Shown piece after piece: positions 25,433 through 33,991 of a DNA stretch of 47,908 nucleotides. The translations under genes were made by a program, and so were the position numbers. Numbering within the stretch: the stretch's first letter is position 1; every line of letters starts with the position of its first letter. Source of the DNA: Alphaproteobacteria bacterium (GTDB lineage: Bacteria > Pseudomonadota > Alphaproteobacteria > Reyranellales > Reyranellaceae); contig JAFAZJ010000108.1 of assembly GCA_019239835.1 (NCBI GenBank), positions 1 through 47,908 of the forward strand, read 5' to 3'. Below the pieces are notes generated by a model. The model was not told the origin of the DNA. It did not search any database and worked only from the letters and a program-made list of their open reading frames with translations.

Positions 25433-26626
25433 GTGAATCCGGGAGCGAAACGAGTGGCCCAGCCTTTGTTGTTCACGCCGATCCAGTTGCGCGACGTGAC
25501 CTTGAAGAACCGCGTCGTCGTGGCGCCGATGCACCAGTATGCCGCCAAGGAAGGCTTCGCCACCGACTGGCACCTGATGAACGCCGGCCGCTATGCCGCG
25601 GGCGGCGCCGGGCTGGTGATCATGGAGTCGACCAAGGTCGAGCGGCGCGGCTGCGGTACCGTGGGCGATCTTGGCCTGTGGGACGACACATTCATTCCAG
25701 GCGTGCGGCGCTGCGTGGAGTTCATCAAGCAGAACGGCGCGGTGCCCGGCATCCAGCTCGGCCACTCCGGCCGCAAGGCGCGCCGTTGGCGGCCATGGGA
25801 GGGCGGCGCGCCGCTGCTCGATCCCAAGGCGCCGGAAGTCTTCGACTGGGAAGGCTGGGAGCTGGTGTCGTCGAGCGCGGAGAATTCGCCGGCCACCGAC
25901 CCGACACCGCGTGCGCTGTCACGCGACGAGATCCCCGAGGTGATCGAACGCTGGGGCCAGGCGGCACGACGCGCGCACGAGGCGGGCTTCGAGGTGCTCG
26001 ACGTGCATGGCGCGCACGGCTACCTGATCCATCAGTTCCTCTCGCCGTTCTCCAACAAGCGCAACGACGAGTACGGCGGCTCCGAGCTGAACCGCATGCG
26101 CTTCTGCGTCGAGGTGATCGAGTCGGTGCGCGCGCATTGGCCGGCGCACAAGCCGCTGTTCCTCAGGCTCTCGGTCGAGGACGATTCCGGCTGGGGTCCG
26201 GCGCAGAGCGTCGAGCTTGCCAAGCTGGTCAAGCCCAAGGGCGTCGACGTGATCGACTGCAGCTCCGGCGGCATGCGCGGCAGCCCTGTCGTCAGTGCCG
26301 GGCCGGTGACCTACGGCTACCAGGTGCCCTATGCCGAGACCCTGCGCCGCGACGCCGGCATCATGAGCATGGCGGTGGGCCTGATCGTGCACGCCGACCA
26401 GGCCGAGACGATCCTCCAGGAGGGCAGGGCCGACCTGATCGCCCTGGCCCGCGAGTTGCTCTACAACCCGAACTGGCCGATGGACGCAGCGCGCAAGCTG
26501 GGCGTCGAGCAGGATTTCGGCAGCGTGCCGTCGGCTCAGGGCTATTGGCTCGGCAAGCGTGCGCAGTCTGTGAAGACTGTCACACCATCGACGTATGGCC
26601 GGGGCATAAGCGACGCGGCGGATTGA
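25427..26626 (+). CDS. NADH:flavin oxidoreductase (Old Yellow Enzyme family)
   Basis: Contains LFTPIQL..VTLKNRVVVAPM, GIQLGHSGRKA and VHGAHGYLIHQFLSP. The start ATG lies inside the right arm of the family A repeat. Confidence 0.9.
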   Translation: MTVNPGAKRVAQPLLFTPIQLRDVTLKNRVVVAPMHQYAAKEGFATDWHLMNAGRYAAGGAGLVIMESTKVERRGCGTVGDLGLWDDTFIPGVRRCVEFIKQNGAVPGIQLGHSGRKARRWRPWEGGAPLLDPKAPEVFDWEGWELVSSSAENSPATDPTPRALSRDEIPEVIERWGQAARRAHEAGFEVLDVHGAHGYLIHQFLSPFSNKRNDEYGGSELNRMRFCVEVIESVRAHWPAHKPLFLRLSVEDDSGWGPAQSVELAKLVKPKGVDVIDCSSGGMRGSPVVSAGPVTYGYQVPYAETLRRDAGIMSMAVGLIVHADQAETILQEGRADLIALARELLYNPNWPMDAARKLGVEQDFGSVPSAQGYWLGKRAQSVKTVTPSTYGRGISDAAD

Positions 26627-26639
26627 GGGGAGAAGCGCC

Positions 26640-27314
26640 ATGATCGCAGGATGGCCTCCGGCGCTGCAGCGCCAGTTGCAGGTTCTCGTGACCCAATTCC
26701 TCGCCGGTGGTGACGCCTGGATCGGCGTCGCCGGTCTCATGGCCATGACCGGCGGTGGTTCGTTCCCCTACACGATGCGCCTGGGCGGCCATGCCGAACC
26801 CCTGGGTGGACGCCCCCAATCGCAGGCCTTCGTCTGGATGCAGGGCAGCGAACCCGAGCTGTGGGTCGATCCGCGCGACAAGAACTACCGTGACCTGTTC
26901 GACGAATTCGCGCGCACACGGCTCAGCATGAGCGGCCGTCCCACCGGTACCGACTGGAACATCGATCACGTCTTCCCCAAGGCGGCCGGCGCGCTTGACG
27001 GTCTTTCGCATGTGCGCGCGATGGCGATCGGCGCGCCCGGCAACCAGGCACTGGGCCGCACGATCGAGAAGGCGATGAAGCAGCGTGCCGACGACACGCC
27101 CGGCCGCAAGCGCGTGCGCCACGCCACCTGGATGACCATCGGCAAGGCGGCGGGCTTCACCGGCTGGGACAGCCTCCCGGACTCGGCGTCGGCCGCCGGC
27201 AACGCCGCCGGCGTGAGCGCGCTGTTCATCCATCTCGCGACGCTCGGCATCAGGCCGCCGATCGGCGCGCTGGAGCAGAGTCTCACCGCCCACACGCTGA
27301 CACGGATCCGCTAG
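26640..27314 (+). CDS. Hypothetical protein with a degenerate HNH-like (beta-beta-alpha-Me) motif
   Basis: GC3-rich frame. The motif is DWNIDHVFPK ... GNQALGRTIEK. The competing antisense ORF (26580-27293) is Arg/Gly-rich and looks like a shadow ORF. Confidence 0.5.
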   Translation: MIAGWPPALQRQLQVLVTQFLAGGDAWIGVAGLMAMTGGGSFPYTMRLGGHAEPLGGRPQSQAFVWMQGSEPELWVDPRDKNYRDLFDEFARTRLSMSGRPTGTDWNIDHVFPKAAGALDGLSHVRAMAIGAPGNQALGRTIEKAMKQRADDTPGRKRVRHATWMTIGKAAGFTGWDSLPDSASAAGNAAGVSALFIHLATLGIRPPIGALEQSLTAHTLTRIR

Positions 27315-27345
27315 ACCGTGATTCGCGGGCGCACGAAGTAGGACA

Positions 27346-27789
27346 TCAACCCGGGATCTCGGGATCGACCAGGGCTGCGAGCTGGTTGAGCGTATCCTGC
27401 CAGCCGAGATAGCAGGCCTCGGCGGGGATCACGTCGGGCACGCCTTCCTGCACGATGTGCATCTCGGTGCCACACGAGACCTTCTTCAGGTCGATGGTGA
27501 CGCGAAGCTCGCCGGGCAGGTTCGGATCGTCGAACTTGTCGGTGTAGCGCAGGCGCTCGTTCGGCTTGAGCTCGATGTACTCGCCGCCGAAGGAGTGGCT
27601 GCCGCCGCCGCTGAAGTTGGTGAAGGTCATGCGGAACTTGCCGCCGACCTTGGCGTCCATCTCGTGGACGGTGCAGGTGAAGCCGTTGGGCGGCAGGAAC
27701 TTGGCGTTCGCGGCCGGGTCGAGGAAGGCGCGATAGACGCGCTCCGGCGGGGCCTTCAGGACGCGATGCAGGCGGATGGTGCTGGGCAT
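27346..27789 (-). CDS. SRPBCC domain protein (AHSA1 / activator of Hsp90 ATPase-like)
   Basis: Contains RVLKAPPERVYRAFLDP...GGKFRMTF...GEY.E..PNERL.YT, typical of this family. The start lies 2 nt after the TetR stop. Confidence 0.85.
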   Translation of the reverse strand: MPSTIRLHRVLKAPPERVYRAFLDPAANAKFLPPNGFTCTVHEMDAKVGGKFRMTFTNFSGGGSHSFGGEYIELKPNERLRYTDKFDDPNLPGELRVTIDLKKVSCGTEMHIVQEGVPDVIPAEACYLGWQDTLNQLAALVDPEIPG

Positions 27790-27791
27790 GA

Positions 27792-28421
27792 CTAGACTCC
27801 TCTGTGACGCTTGGCAGACGGGGCGGGGAACAGACTCAGGAGATAGCGTTTGAGATGCGCGAGGTTCTGGCGCGCGACCTCGGCGTCCTGCTTGACCTTG
27901 GCGAAGACGAACGAGCCCTGCAGGACGGCCTGGATGAAGTAGCCGACGCTCTCGGCGCTCCACGCCGCCTTCGGCGCGTGCAGGCGCTTGGCCGCTTCGA
28001 GATCGCGCGTCAGGCCGGCGATGTGCGTCGACATGCCGAGGTCGCAGGCTTCGCGCACCTGGGGATGCGTGGCATAGGTCTCCTGCACCAAGGTGCCGAG
28101 GAAGCAGGTGAACTCGGGGATCTCGCGGTCGAGGATCGCGATGCGCAGATCGACATAGCCCAGCACGCGCTGCAGCGGATCGTCGAGCTTGCGGTAGTCG
28201 GCCGACGCGAACACCGCCTCGGTCCACTGGTTCCAGTGCGCGACGGCGCCCAGCACCAGCTCTTCCTTGCTCTTGAAGTGGTGGAAGAAGCTGCCCTTGG
28301 TCACGCCCGCCTCGGCGCAGATGTCGTCCACCGTGGTGGCGGTGTAGCCCTTGGCGCGGATCACGGTCGATCCAGCCTCGAGCAGGCGGGTGCGGGACAA
28401 AGGAGCGGTGGCGGTCGTCAT
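27792..28421 (-). CDS. TetR/AcrR family transcriptional regulator
   Basis: The N-terminal HTH reads GYTATTVDDICAEAGVTKGSFFHHFKSKEEL. Confidence 0.9.
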   Translation of the reverse strand: MTTATAPLSRTRLLEAGSTVIRAKGYTATTVDDICAEAGVTKGSFFHHFKSKEELVLGAVAHWNQWTEAVFASADYRKLDDPLQRVLGYVDLRIAILDREIPEFTCFLGTLVQETYATHPQVREACDLGMSTHIAGLTRDLEAAKRLHAPKAAWSAESVGYFIQAVLQGSFVFAKVKQDAEVARQNLAHLKRYLLSLFPAPSAKRHRGV

Positions 28422-28431
28422 GTCGACAGGT

Positions 28432-28449
28432 CCATACCGTTTGGTATGG
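28432..28449. promoter_or_regulatory. Palindromic candidate TetR operator 1 (CCATACC-GTTT-GGTATGG)
   Basis: A perfect 7-bp inverted repeat lies 11 nt upstream of the TetR start codon. Confidence 0.5.
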
Positions 28450-28455
28450 CACTTA

Positions 28456-28475
28456 CATACCGACTAGTCGGTATG
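28456..28475. promoter_or_regulatory. Palindromic candidate TetR operator 2 (CATACCGAC-TA-GTCGGTATG)
   Basis: A perfect 9-bp inverted repeat shares the ATACC/GGTAT half-site with operator 1. Confidence 0.5.
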
Positions 28476-28525
28476 GACGCAAGCACTATTTTGCCCGAGG
28501 CAAGAGCACGCTCGTTTTCAGGTAG

Positions 28526-29326
28526 TTAGCGTCCCGGCCAGTCGGGCTGCGGCTTCTTCTGCACGAAGGCGTCGATGCCGAGCTTGGCGTCCTCGCGCAT
28601 CATGCCGCCGGCCATCGCTGAGCTGGCATAGGCGTAGGCCTGCTCGAGATCCATCGCCATGTGCTTGTGGAACAGCGCTTTGCCCTGCGACAGCACCAGC
28701 GGGCTCTTCGAAGCGATGTGCTGCGCCAGCTCCATCGCGGAGCTGTCGAGCTCAGCCTCCGGCATCACGCGCGAGAGCAGGCCGTCGCGCAACGCGGTCT
28801 CGGCGCTCACCGGCTCGCCGGTGAAGAGCATGTCGAGCGCGCGCTTGCTGCCCACGTTGCGGCCCAGCGGCACCGAGGGCGTGCCGCAGAACAGGCCGAT
28901 ATGCACGCCGGGGGTCGCGAACTTCGCCTCCGAAGACGCGATCGCGAGATCGCACTGCGCCACCAGCTGGCAGCCGGCCGCCGTGGCGATGCCGCGCACC
29001 TTGGCGATCACCGGCTGCTTCAGCCGCGCGATCTTCAGCATCATCGCGCTGCAGCGGCTCATCAGGTCGTAGTGGAAGGCGTAGTCCTCGCTCGAGCGCA
29101 CCTCGCGCAGATCGTGGCCGGCGCAGAAGGCGCGGCCATTGGCCTGAATCATCACGACACGGATCGCATCGTCGGCATTGAGGCGATCGAACTCCTGGTC
29201 GAGCGCGACGATCAGTTCCGACGACAGCGCGTTCATCGCCTTGGGCCGATTGAGCGTCAGCACGGCGACGCGGCCGTGGTCCTCGCGCAGCAGCACGGGC
29301 TCGTTGGCGGTTGCGGGATCGGGCAT
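28526..29326 (-). CDS. Enoyl-CoA hydratase/isomerase family protein
   Basis: Contains LTLNRP.AMNALS, ANGRAFCAGHDL, AKVRGIATAAGCQL and EDAKLGIDAFVQKK. An alternative start at 29371 (MKPIARV) is possible. The 526-aa track ORF is an over-extension. Confidence 0.85.
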   Translation of the reverse strand: MPDPATANEPVLLREDHGRVAVLTLNRPKAMNALSSELIVALDQEFDRLNADDAIRVVMIQANGRAFCAGHDLREVRSSEDYAFHYDLMSRCSAMMLKIARLKQPVIAKVRGIATAAGCQLVAQCDLAIASSEAKFATPGVHIGLFCGTPSVPLGRNVGSKRALDMLFTGEPVSAETALRDGLLSRVMPEAELDSSAMELAQHIASKSPLVLSQGKALFHKHMAMDLEQAYAYASSAMAGGMMREDAKLGIDAFVQKKPQPDWPGR

Positions 29327-29413
29327 CGCTGCATCCACTGGTTCTGCGCCCACGCGGGCGATAGGCTTCATGCTGCGGAGTCTAGCCGTTTCGGCTGGAC
29401 GGATCGACCTTGC

Positions 29414-29698
29414 ATGTCCCGACGCATCGACAAATCCTGGCTGGTCTTCGCCAGCATCGAGAACCCGCAGCACGATCGCTGCGTCGACTTGTTCCGCCGG
29501 CCCGACGGCACCTACGGCTTCGAGGAGTTCCGTCGCGATCCCGAAGACGCCGGCGGCTGGACGCCGATGCGGTACTATTCGGGCGGCGTTCACGCCACCG
29601 CGCTGGACGCCTTCGACGCAGCGGTCAAGGCAGTCGCGTGGCTCGCCGAGGAGAATCAGCGCCGACCCTCGCTGCGCGCGCAATCGACCGCGGCCTAG
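29414..29698 (+). CDS. Hypothetical small protein (94 aa)
   Basis: The frame has strong GC3 bias and lies divergent from the hydratase gene and 15 nt upstream of the thioesterase gene. I recognise no family. Confidence 0.5.
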   Translation: MSRRIDKSWLVFASIENPQHDRCVDLFRRPDGTYGFEEFRRDPEDAGGWTPMRYYSGGVHATALDAFDAAVKAVAWLAEENQRRPSLRAQSTAA

Positions 29699-29713
29699 GG
29701 TAGGGTCCGCGCC

Positions 29714-30157
29714 ATGCCTGTGCTCATGGACGCATCCCAGCTCGAAGCCTTCCTGCGCGACGAATTTCCCGAAGCGCAGGCCAACGTCACGGTGAAGGTC
29801 GACGCGGTCGGCGAGGGGCGCATCACGGTGCGCGCCCTGGTCGATCAGCGGCATCTGCGGCCCGGCAATATCGTGTCCGGCCCAACGCTGATGTGGCTGG
29901 CCGATTGCGGCACTTACCTGCTGATCCTGTCGCAGATCGGCAAGGTGGCGCAGGCCGTCACCACCAACCTCAACATCAACTTCCTGCGCCCGGGCATGGC
30001 GGGCAGGGACCTGATCGGTGAAGCACGGGTCCTGAAGATGGGGCAGCGCCTCGTTGTGGCCGAGATGACGATCTATTCCGAGGGCCTGGCCGAGCCGATC
30101 GCGCACGTGACGCTGACCTACTCGATCCCGCCCCGCGCCAAAGATGGGGTAAAATAA
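29714..30157 (+). CDS. PaaI family thioesterase (hotdog fold)
   Basis: Contains GNIVSGPTLMWLADCG...TTNLNINFLRP...GEARVLKMGQRLVVAEM, typical of PaaI/4HBT. Confidence 0.85.
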   Translation: MPVLMDASQLEAFLRDEFPEAQANVTVKVDAVGEGRITVRALVDQRHLRPGNIVSGPTLMWLADCGTYLLILSQIGKVAQAVTTNLNINFLRPGMAGRDLIGEARVLKMGQRLVVAEMTIYSEGLAEPIAHVTLTYSIPPRAKDGVK

Positions 30158-30218
30158 TACCGTGTTTACAGATGATTGATTTTATTGAGTAAATTTAGCA
30201 CCAACTGCGGTCGTGCGC

Positions 30219-30247
30219 TTGACTCGGTCCAACACCTCACGTATCTC
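30219..30247 (+). promoter_or_regulatory. Putative sigma70 promoter for rplM-rpsI (TTGACT - 17 nt - TATCTC)
   Basis: The hexamers and spacing were read directly from the sequence, 28 nt upstream of the rplM ATG, in an AT-richer spacer. Confidence 0.35.
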
Positions 30248-30274
30248 CGCGCACCGTTTTAGCGGATTGGACCG

Positions 30275-30739
30275 ATGAAGACCTTCAACCTGAAGCCCGC
30301 CGAGGTGGAGAAGAAGTGGGTGTTGATCGACGCCGACGGCCTCGTGCTGGGCCGTCTCGCGACGATCATCGCCACGCGCCTGCGCGGCAAGCACCTCGCC
30401 ACCTACACGCCGCACGTCGATTGCGGCGACAACATCATCGTCATCAACGCCGAGAAGGTGCGCCTGACCGGCAACAAGGTGTCGGACAAGGTGTTCCACT
30501 GGCACACCGGCTATCCGGGCGGCATCAAGCAGGCGACGATCGCCCAGCGTCTCGGCGGCAAGCACCCCGAGTCGGTGATCGAGAAGGCGGTCGAGCGCAT
30601 GATCACGCGCGGGCCGCTGCAGCGTAAGCAGATGAAGAACCTCAAGGTGTACGCCGGCGCGAGCCATCCGCACGAGGCGCAGCAGCCCGTGAAGCTCGAC
30701 GTCGCCGCGATGAACCGCAAGAACTCGAGGATCGGCTAA
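30275..30739 (+). CDS. rplM: 50S ribosomal protein L13
   Basis: Begins [20 protein letters not shown] and contains HTGYPGG. Confidence 0.95.
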   Translation: MKTFNLKPAEVEKKWVLIDADGLVLGRLATIIATRLRGKHLATYTPHVDCGDNIIVINAEKVRLTGNKVSDKVFHWHTGYPGGIKQATIAQRLGGKHPESVIEKAVERMITRGPLQRKQMKNLKVYAGASHPHEAQQPVKLDVAAMNRKNSRIG

Positions 30740-30741
30740 CC

Positions 30742-31242
30742 ATGGCCATCGAACCAACCACCGCTCCGACCTCCGGCCTGCGCAAGTCGGCCGCCAACAT
30801 CGTCGCCAGCATGTCCGGCGCCGAGGTGCAGCCGCGCGGCAAGGAAATCGACGCGCAGGGTCGTTCCTACGCCACCGGCCGGCGCAAGAACGCCGTCGCG
30901 CGCGTCTGGATCAAGCCGGGCTCCGGCAAGATCACCGTCAACGGCCAGGACCAGACGGTGTACTTCGCACGCCCGACCCAGCGCATGATGATCCAGCAGC
31001 CGTTCCAGGTCGCCGATCGCGTCGATCAGTTCGACGTCATCGCCACCGTCGTCGGCGGCGGCCTGTCGGGCCAGGCTGGCGCGGTGCGCCACGGCATCTC
31101 GCAGGCGCTGACGCTCTACGAGCCTGACCTACGTCCGCCGCTGAAGCAGGGCGGCTTCCTCACCCGCGACTCCCGCGTGGTCGAGCGCAAGAAGTACGGC
31201 CGCGCCGGCGCCCGCCGCCGCTTCCAGTTCTCCAAGCGCTGA
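30742..31242 (+). CDS. rpsI: 30S ribosomal protein S9
   Basis: Contains [17 protein letters not shown] and ends [19 protein letters not shown]. Confidence 0.95.
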   Translation: MAIEPTTAPTSGLRKSAANIVASMSGAEVQPRGKEIDAQGRSYATGRRKNAVARVWIKPGSGKITVNGQDQTVYFARPTQRMMIQQPFQVADRVDQFDVIATVVGGGLSGQAGAVRHGISQALTLYEPDLRPPLKQGGFLTRDSRVVERKKYGRAGARRRFQFSKR

Positions 31243-31264
31243 TCGATCTCAGCCTCGGATTGCG

Positions 31265-31293
31265 AAAGGGCGCCGCAAGGCGCCCTTTCTTTT
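31265..31293 (+). terminator. Rho-independent terminator after rpsI
   Basis: The hairpin AAAGGGCGCC-GCAA-GGCGCCCTTT is followed by CTTTT. Confidence 0.8.
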
Positions 31294-31300
31294 CATTGAT

Positions 31301-31368
31301 CTGTCATCCCGAGCGCAGCGAGGGATCTAGGGCTGCTACTGGATCCCTCGCTGCGCTCGGGATGACAG
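31301..31368. repeat. Family A palindromic repeat (copy 3)
   Basis: CTGTCATCCCGAGCGCAGCGAGGGATC - 14-nt loop - GATCCCTCGCTGCGCTCGGGATGACAG forms a perfect 27-bp stem. It lies between the convergent rpsI and hydrolase genes. Confidence 0.9.
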
Positions 31369-31377
31369 AGGTGATGG

Positions 31378-32142
31378 TCAGTCCATGAAGCCTTCGAGGA
31401 AATCGATCACGCTCGCCTTGAACAGCGGGTGGGCGATGATCGAGAAGTGGTCGCAGCCGGGGATGCTCACCGCTTTCGCGCCGGGGATCGCATGCGCCAG
31501 CGTGCGCGGATTGCCGGCGAGCTCGTCGTGCGAGCCGGCGACGATCAGCGTCGCGAGATCGAGCTTGCCGAGCGCCGCGCGATCGATCGGGAAGCGGGGG
31601 CCGCGTGAGCAGGCTGCGAGGGCGAGGCGATCCTCGCCTTGCTCGTCGGCGAACTGCCGGAACGAGCGGCGCATCGGATCGGGGATCGTCGCCGGATCCT
31701 CGGCCTCCATTGCCTCGGCCATGCTGTCGTCGCGCGGTGAGTCTTCCAGCAGCTTGCCGCCGATGCCGCCCAGGATCAGGTCGCCGAAGCGCTCAGGCCA
31801 CAGCAGGCCGGCGGTGAGGCTGAGATGCGAGCCCATCGAGAAGCCCAGCAGATTGGCGCGGGCGAAGCCGACATGGTCCATCAGGGCGACGATGTCGTGC
31901 GCCATCACCTTGCGGTCGTAAGCGGCGGGATCGTGCGGCTTGGCGCTCTGGCCGTGGCCGCGGGCGTCGATGGCTACGCCGCGGAAGCCCTTGGTGGCGA
32001 AGGCGTCATACCAGCCCATGCGCTTCCAGCCCTCGGCCTTGTTCGAACTGAAGCCGTGCACCAGCACGATGCGGCGCTTGGCGTCGGGGCCGCCGAACTC
32101 GTCATAGGCGATGGCGTGGCCGTCGGACTCGAACTGCGGCAT
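31378..32142 (-). CDS. Alpha/beta hydrolase fold protein
   Basis: Contains VLVHGFSSN, the nucleophile elbow GFSMGS, and a C-terminal GCDHF (catalytic His region). Confidence 0.85.
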   Translation of the reverse strand: MPQFESDGHAIAYDEFGGPDAKRRIVLVHGFSSNKAEGWKRMGWYDAFATKGFRGVAIDARGHGQSAKPHDPAAYDRKVMAHDIVALMDHVGFARANLLGFSMGSHLSLTAGLLWPERFGDLILGGIGGKLLEDSPRDDSMAEAMEAEDPATIPDPMRRSFRQFADEQGEDRLALAACSRGPRFPIDRAALGKLDLATLIVAGSHDELAGNPRTLAHAIPGAKAVSIPGCDHFSIIAHPLFKASVIDFLEGFMD

Positions 32143-32201
32143 CGAACGTTCCCTCGCGCTTTGCTTGGCGGGGATTGTCGCGGCAGGTCGGCGGGACGCG
32201 C

Positions 32202-32236
32202 AAACGAAAACGGCGCTGGTGAGCCTCCAGCGCCGT
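32202..32236 (-). terminator. Rho-independent terminator after argC
   Basis: On the minus strand, ACGGCGCTGG-AGGCTCA-CCAGCGCCGT is followed by TTTCGTTT. Confidence 0.7.
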
Positions 32237-32260
32237 CTCAGGTATTGCGAAGCGGAAGGT

Positions 32261-33208
32261 CTACGCCGCCAGACCCAGCATCAGGCCGAGGTTCTGCACG
32301 GCGGCGCCCGAGGCGCCCTTGCCGAGATTGTCGAGCCGCGCGGTCAGGATCACCTGGCCATGCTTCTCGTTGGCGTAGACGCGCAGCTCCATCTTGTCGG
32401 TATCGTTGAGCGCTTCCGGCTCGAGGCGGTCGACCGCCTTGTCGCCGAAATCCACCGGCACGACGCTGATGCGGTCGCTGCCCTTGTACCAGTCGGCCAG
32501 CACGGCGTGCAGGTCGGCGGCCTTGGGCGACTTGCTCAGCGTGTCGAGATGCAGCGGCACGTTGACGATCATGCCCTGGCGATAGTTGCCCACCTGCGGC
32601 ACGAAGATCGGCCGGCGCGACAGCCCGGAGTAGAGCTGCAGTTCCGGCACGTGCTTGTGCTCCATGCGCAGGCCGTAGACCTCGAAATGCGGCGCGGTGC
32701 CGTTCTCGAAGGCCTGGATCATCGACTTGCCGCCGCCGCTGTAGCCGCTGACGGCATGCACGACGATCGGGTAGTCGCGCGCGATGAAGCCGCTGTCGAC
32801 CAGTGGGCGTATCAGGGCGATGCCGCCCGTCGGGTAGCAACCCGGATTGCTGACCTTGCGCGCGACGCGGATCTTTTCCGCCTGCCCGCGGGTCAGCTCG
32901 GGAAAGCCGAACGCCCAATCCGGCGCGACGCGATACGCGGTGCTGGCGTCGAGGATGCGTGGGCTCTTGTCGCCCAGCGAATCGGCGAGCGCCACCGACT
33001 CCTTCGCGGCGTCGTCAGGCAGGCAGAGGATGACGACGTCGACATCCGACATCACGGCGCGACGTGCCTCGGGGTCCTTTCGTCGCTCGGCGGCCACGCT
33101 CACCATCTCGATGCCCGGCACCTGGAGCAGACGCTCGCGGATGCCAAGACCGGTGGTGCCGGCTTCGCCGTCGATGAAGACCTTGGGCATGTTCGCCGTG
33201 GTGGACAT
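32261..33208 (-). CDS. argC: N-acetyl-gamma-glutamyl-phosphate reductase
   Basis: Contains [11 protein letters not shown], the active-site SNPGCYPTG and SGYSGGG. Start chosen at MSTTANM, preceded by AGGATAGAGG. A start at 33190 is also possible. Confidence 0.9.
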   Translation of the reverse strand: MSTTANMPKVFIDGEAGTTGLGIRERLLQVPGIEMVSVAAERRKDPEARRAVMSDVDVVILCLPDDAAKESVALADSLGDKSPRILDASTAYRVAPDWAFGFPELTRGQAEKIRVARKVSNPGCYPTGGIALIRPLVDSGFIARDYPIVVHAVSGYSGGGKSMIQAFENGTAPHFEVYGLRMEHKHVPELQLYSGLSRRPIFVPQVGNYRQGMIVNVPLHLDTLSKSPKAADLHAVLADWYKGSDRISVVPVDFGDKAVDRLEPEALNDTDKMELRVYANEKHGQVILTARLDNLGKGASGAAVQNLGLMLGLAA

Positions 33209-33378
33209 CACCTCTATCCTTTTGATGAACGGGACACGAACCACAGGCGGTTCGCGAGGCGATACATACGCCGAACAGCGCGGGAATCAAGAAGTTGCAT
33301 GGCTCTGCTGCTTGACCGCTGTCACACGTCGGTCATGGTGTGTCGGCGAGAACACAGATGCGCAGGAGCGTGGAGTCG

Positions 33379-33897
33379 ATGGCCGGCCTGATCATTCCTT
33401 TCAACAATTTCGTGCCGCGCGTCGATCCGAGCGCATTTATTGCGCCCAACGCCACCCTGATCGGCGATGTCGACATCGCCGCCAACGCCAGCATCTGGTT
33501 CACCTGCGTGCTGCGCGGCGACGGGCCGGGCATCAAGATCGGCGAGAACAGCAACATCCAGGACGGCACGGTGATCCACATCGCTTCGCGCGGCGTCGGC
33601 ACGGTGGTCGGCAAGAACGTCTCGGTCGGCCATATGGCGCTCTTGCACGCCTGTACGATCGAAGACGACGCCTTTGTCGGCATGCACGCCACGGTGCTCG
33701 ACAATTGCGTCGTCGAAAGCGGCGCGGTGGTCGCCGCCGGCGCGTTGGTGCCGCCCAACAAGGTGGTGAAGAAGGGCGAGCTGTGGGCCGGCAACCCGGC
33801 AACCAAGATGCGCGACATCGCCGAGAAGGACCTCGAGATGATCAAGCGCACCTGCGCCAACTACGTGAAGCTCAGCCGGCGTTATCTGAACGTTTGA
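33379..33897 (+). CDS. Gamma carbonic anhydrase family protein (left-handed beta-helix, hexapeptide repeats)
   Basis: Contains P.V....FIAPNATLIGDV.I....SIWF..VLRGD...I.IGE.SNIQDG...H, typical of YrdA/PaaY-like proteins. Confidence 0.88.
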   Translation: MAGLIIPFNNFVPRVDPSAFIAPNATLIGDVDIAANASIWFTCVLRGDGPGIKIGENSNIQDGTVIHIASRGVGTVVGKNVSVGHMALLHACTIEDDAFVGMHATVLDNCVVESGAVVAAGALVPPNKVVKKGELWAGNPATKMRDIAEKDLEMIKRTCANYVKLSRRYLNV

Positions 33898-33902
33898 GAC
33901 GG

Positions 33903-33971
33903 CTGTCATCCCGAGCGCAGCGAGGGATCTTTCGTCATCATCAAGATCCCTCGCTGCGCTCGGGATGACAG
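33903..33971. repeat. Family A palindromic repeat (copy 4)
   Basis: It has the same 27-bp perfect arms as copy 3 with a different 15-nt loop (TTTCGTCATCATCAA). It lies between the gamma-CA and aldolase genes. Confidence 0.9.
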
Positions 33972-33991
33972 GATGGAAAGGGGAGAACCAC

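Noticed and set aside
27346-28452. A 368-aa ORF that fuses the SRPBCC domain to an N-terminal extension
   Set aside because: The extension is an alternate frame running through the TetR gene. The TetR frame (27792-28421) has a clear HTH, and the SRPBCC protein has its own ATG at 27789, 2 nt after the TetR stop.
28526-30106. A 526-aa extended ORF for the enoyl-CoA hydratase
   Set aside because: The crotonase fold begins near MPDPATANEPVLL. The upstream 250 aa are antisense to the 94-aa ORF and the PaaI thioesterase gene and have shadow-ORF composition.
33965-33991. An upstream ATG start for the HpcH-family aldolase (MTGWKGENH...)
   Set aside because: That ATG is part of the family A repeat arm (GGGATGACAG). 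The downstream ATG at 33992 has a good SD (GGAAAGGGGAG) and matches the usual family N-terminus.
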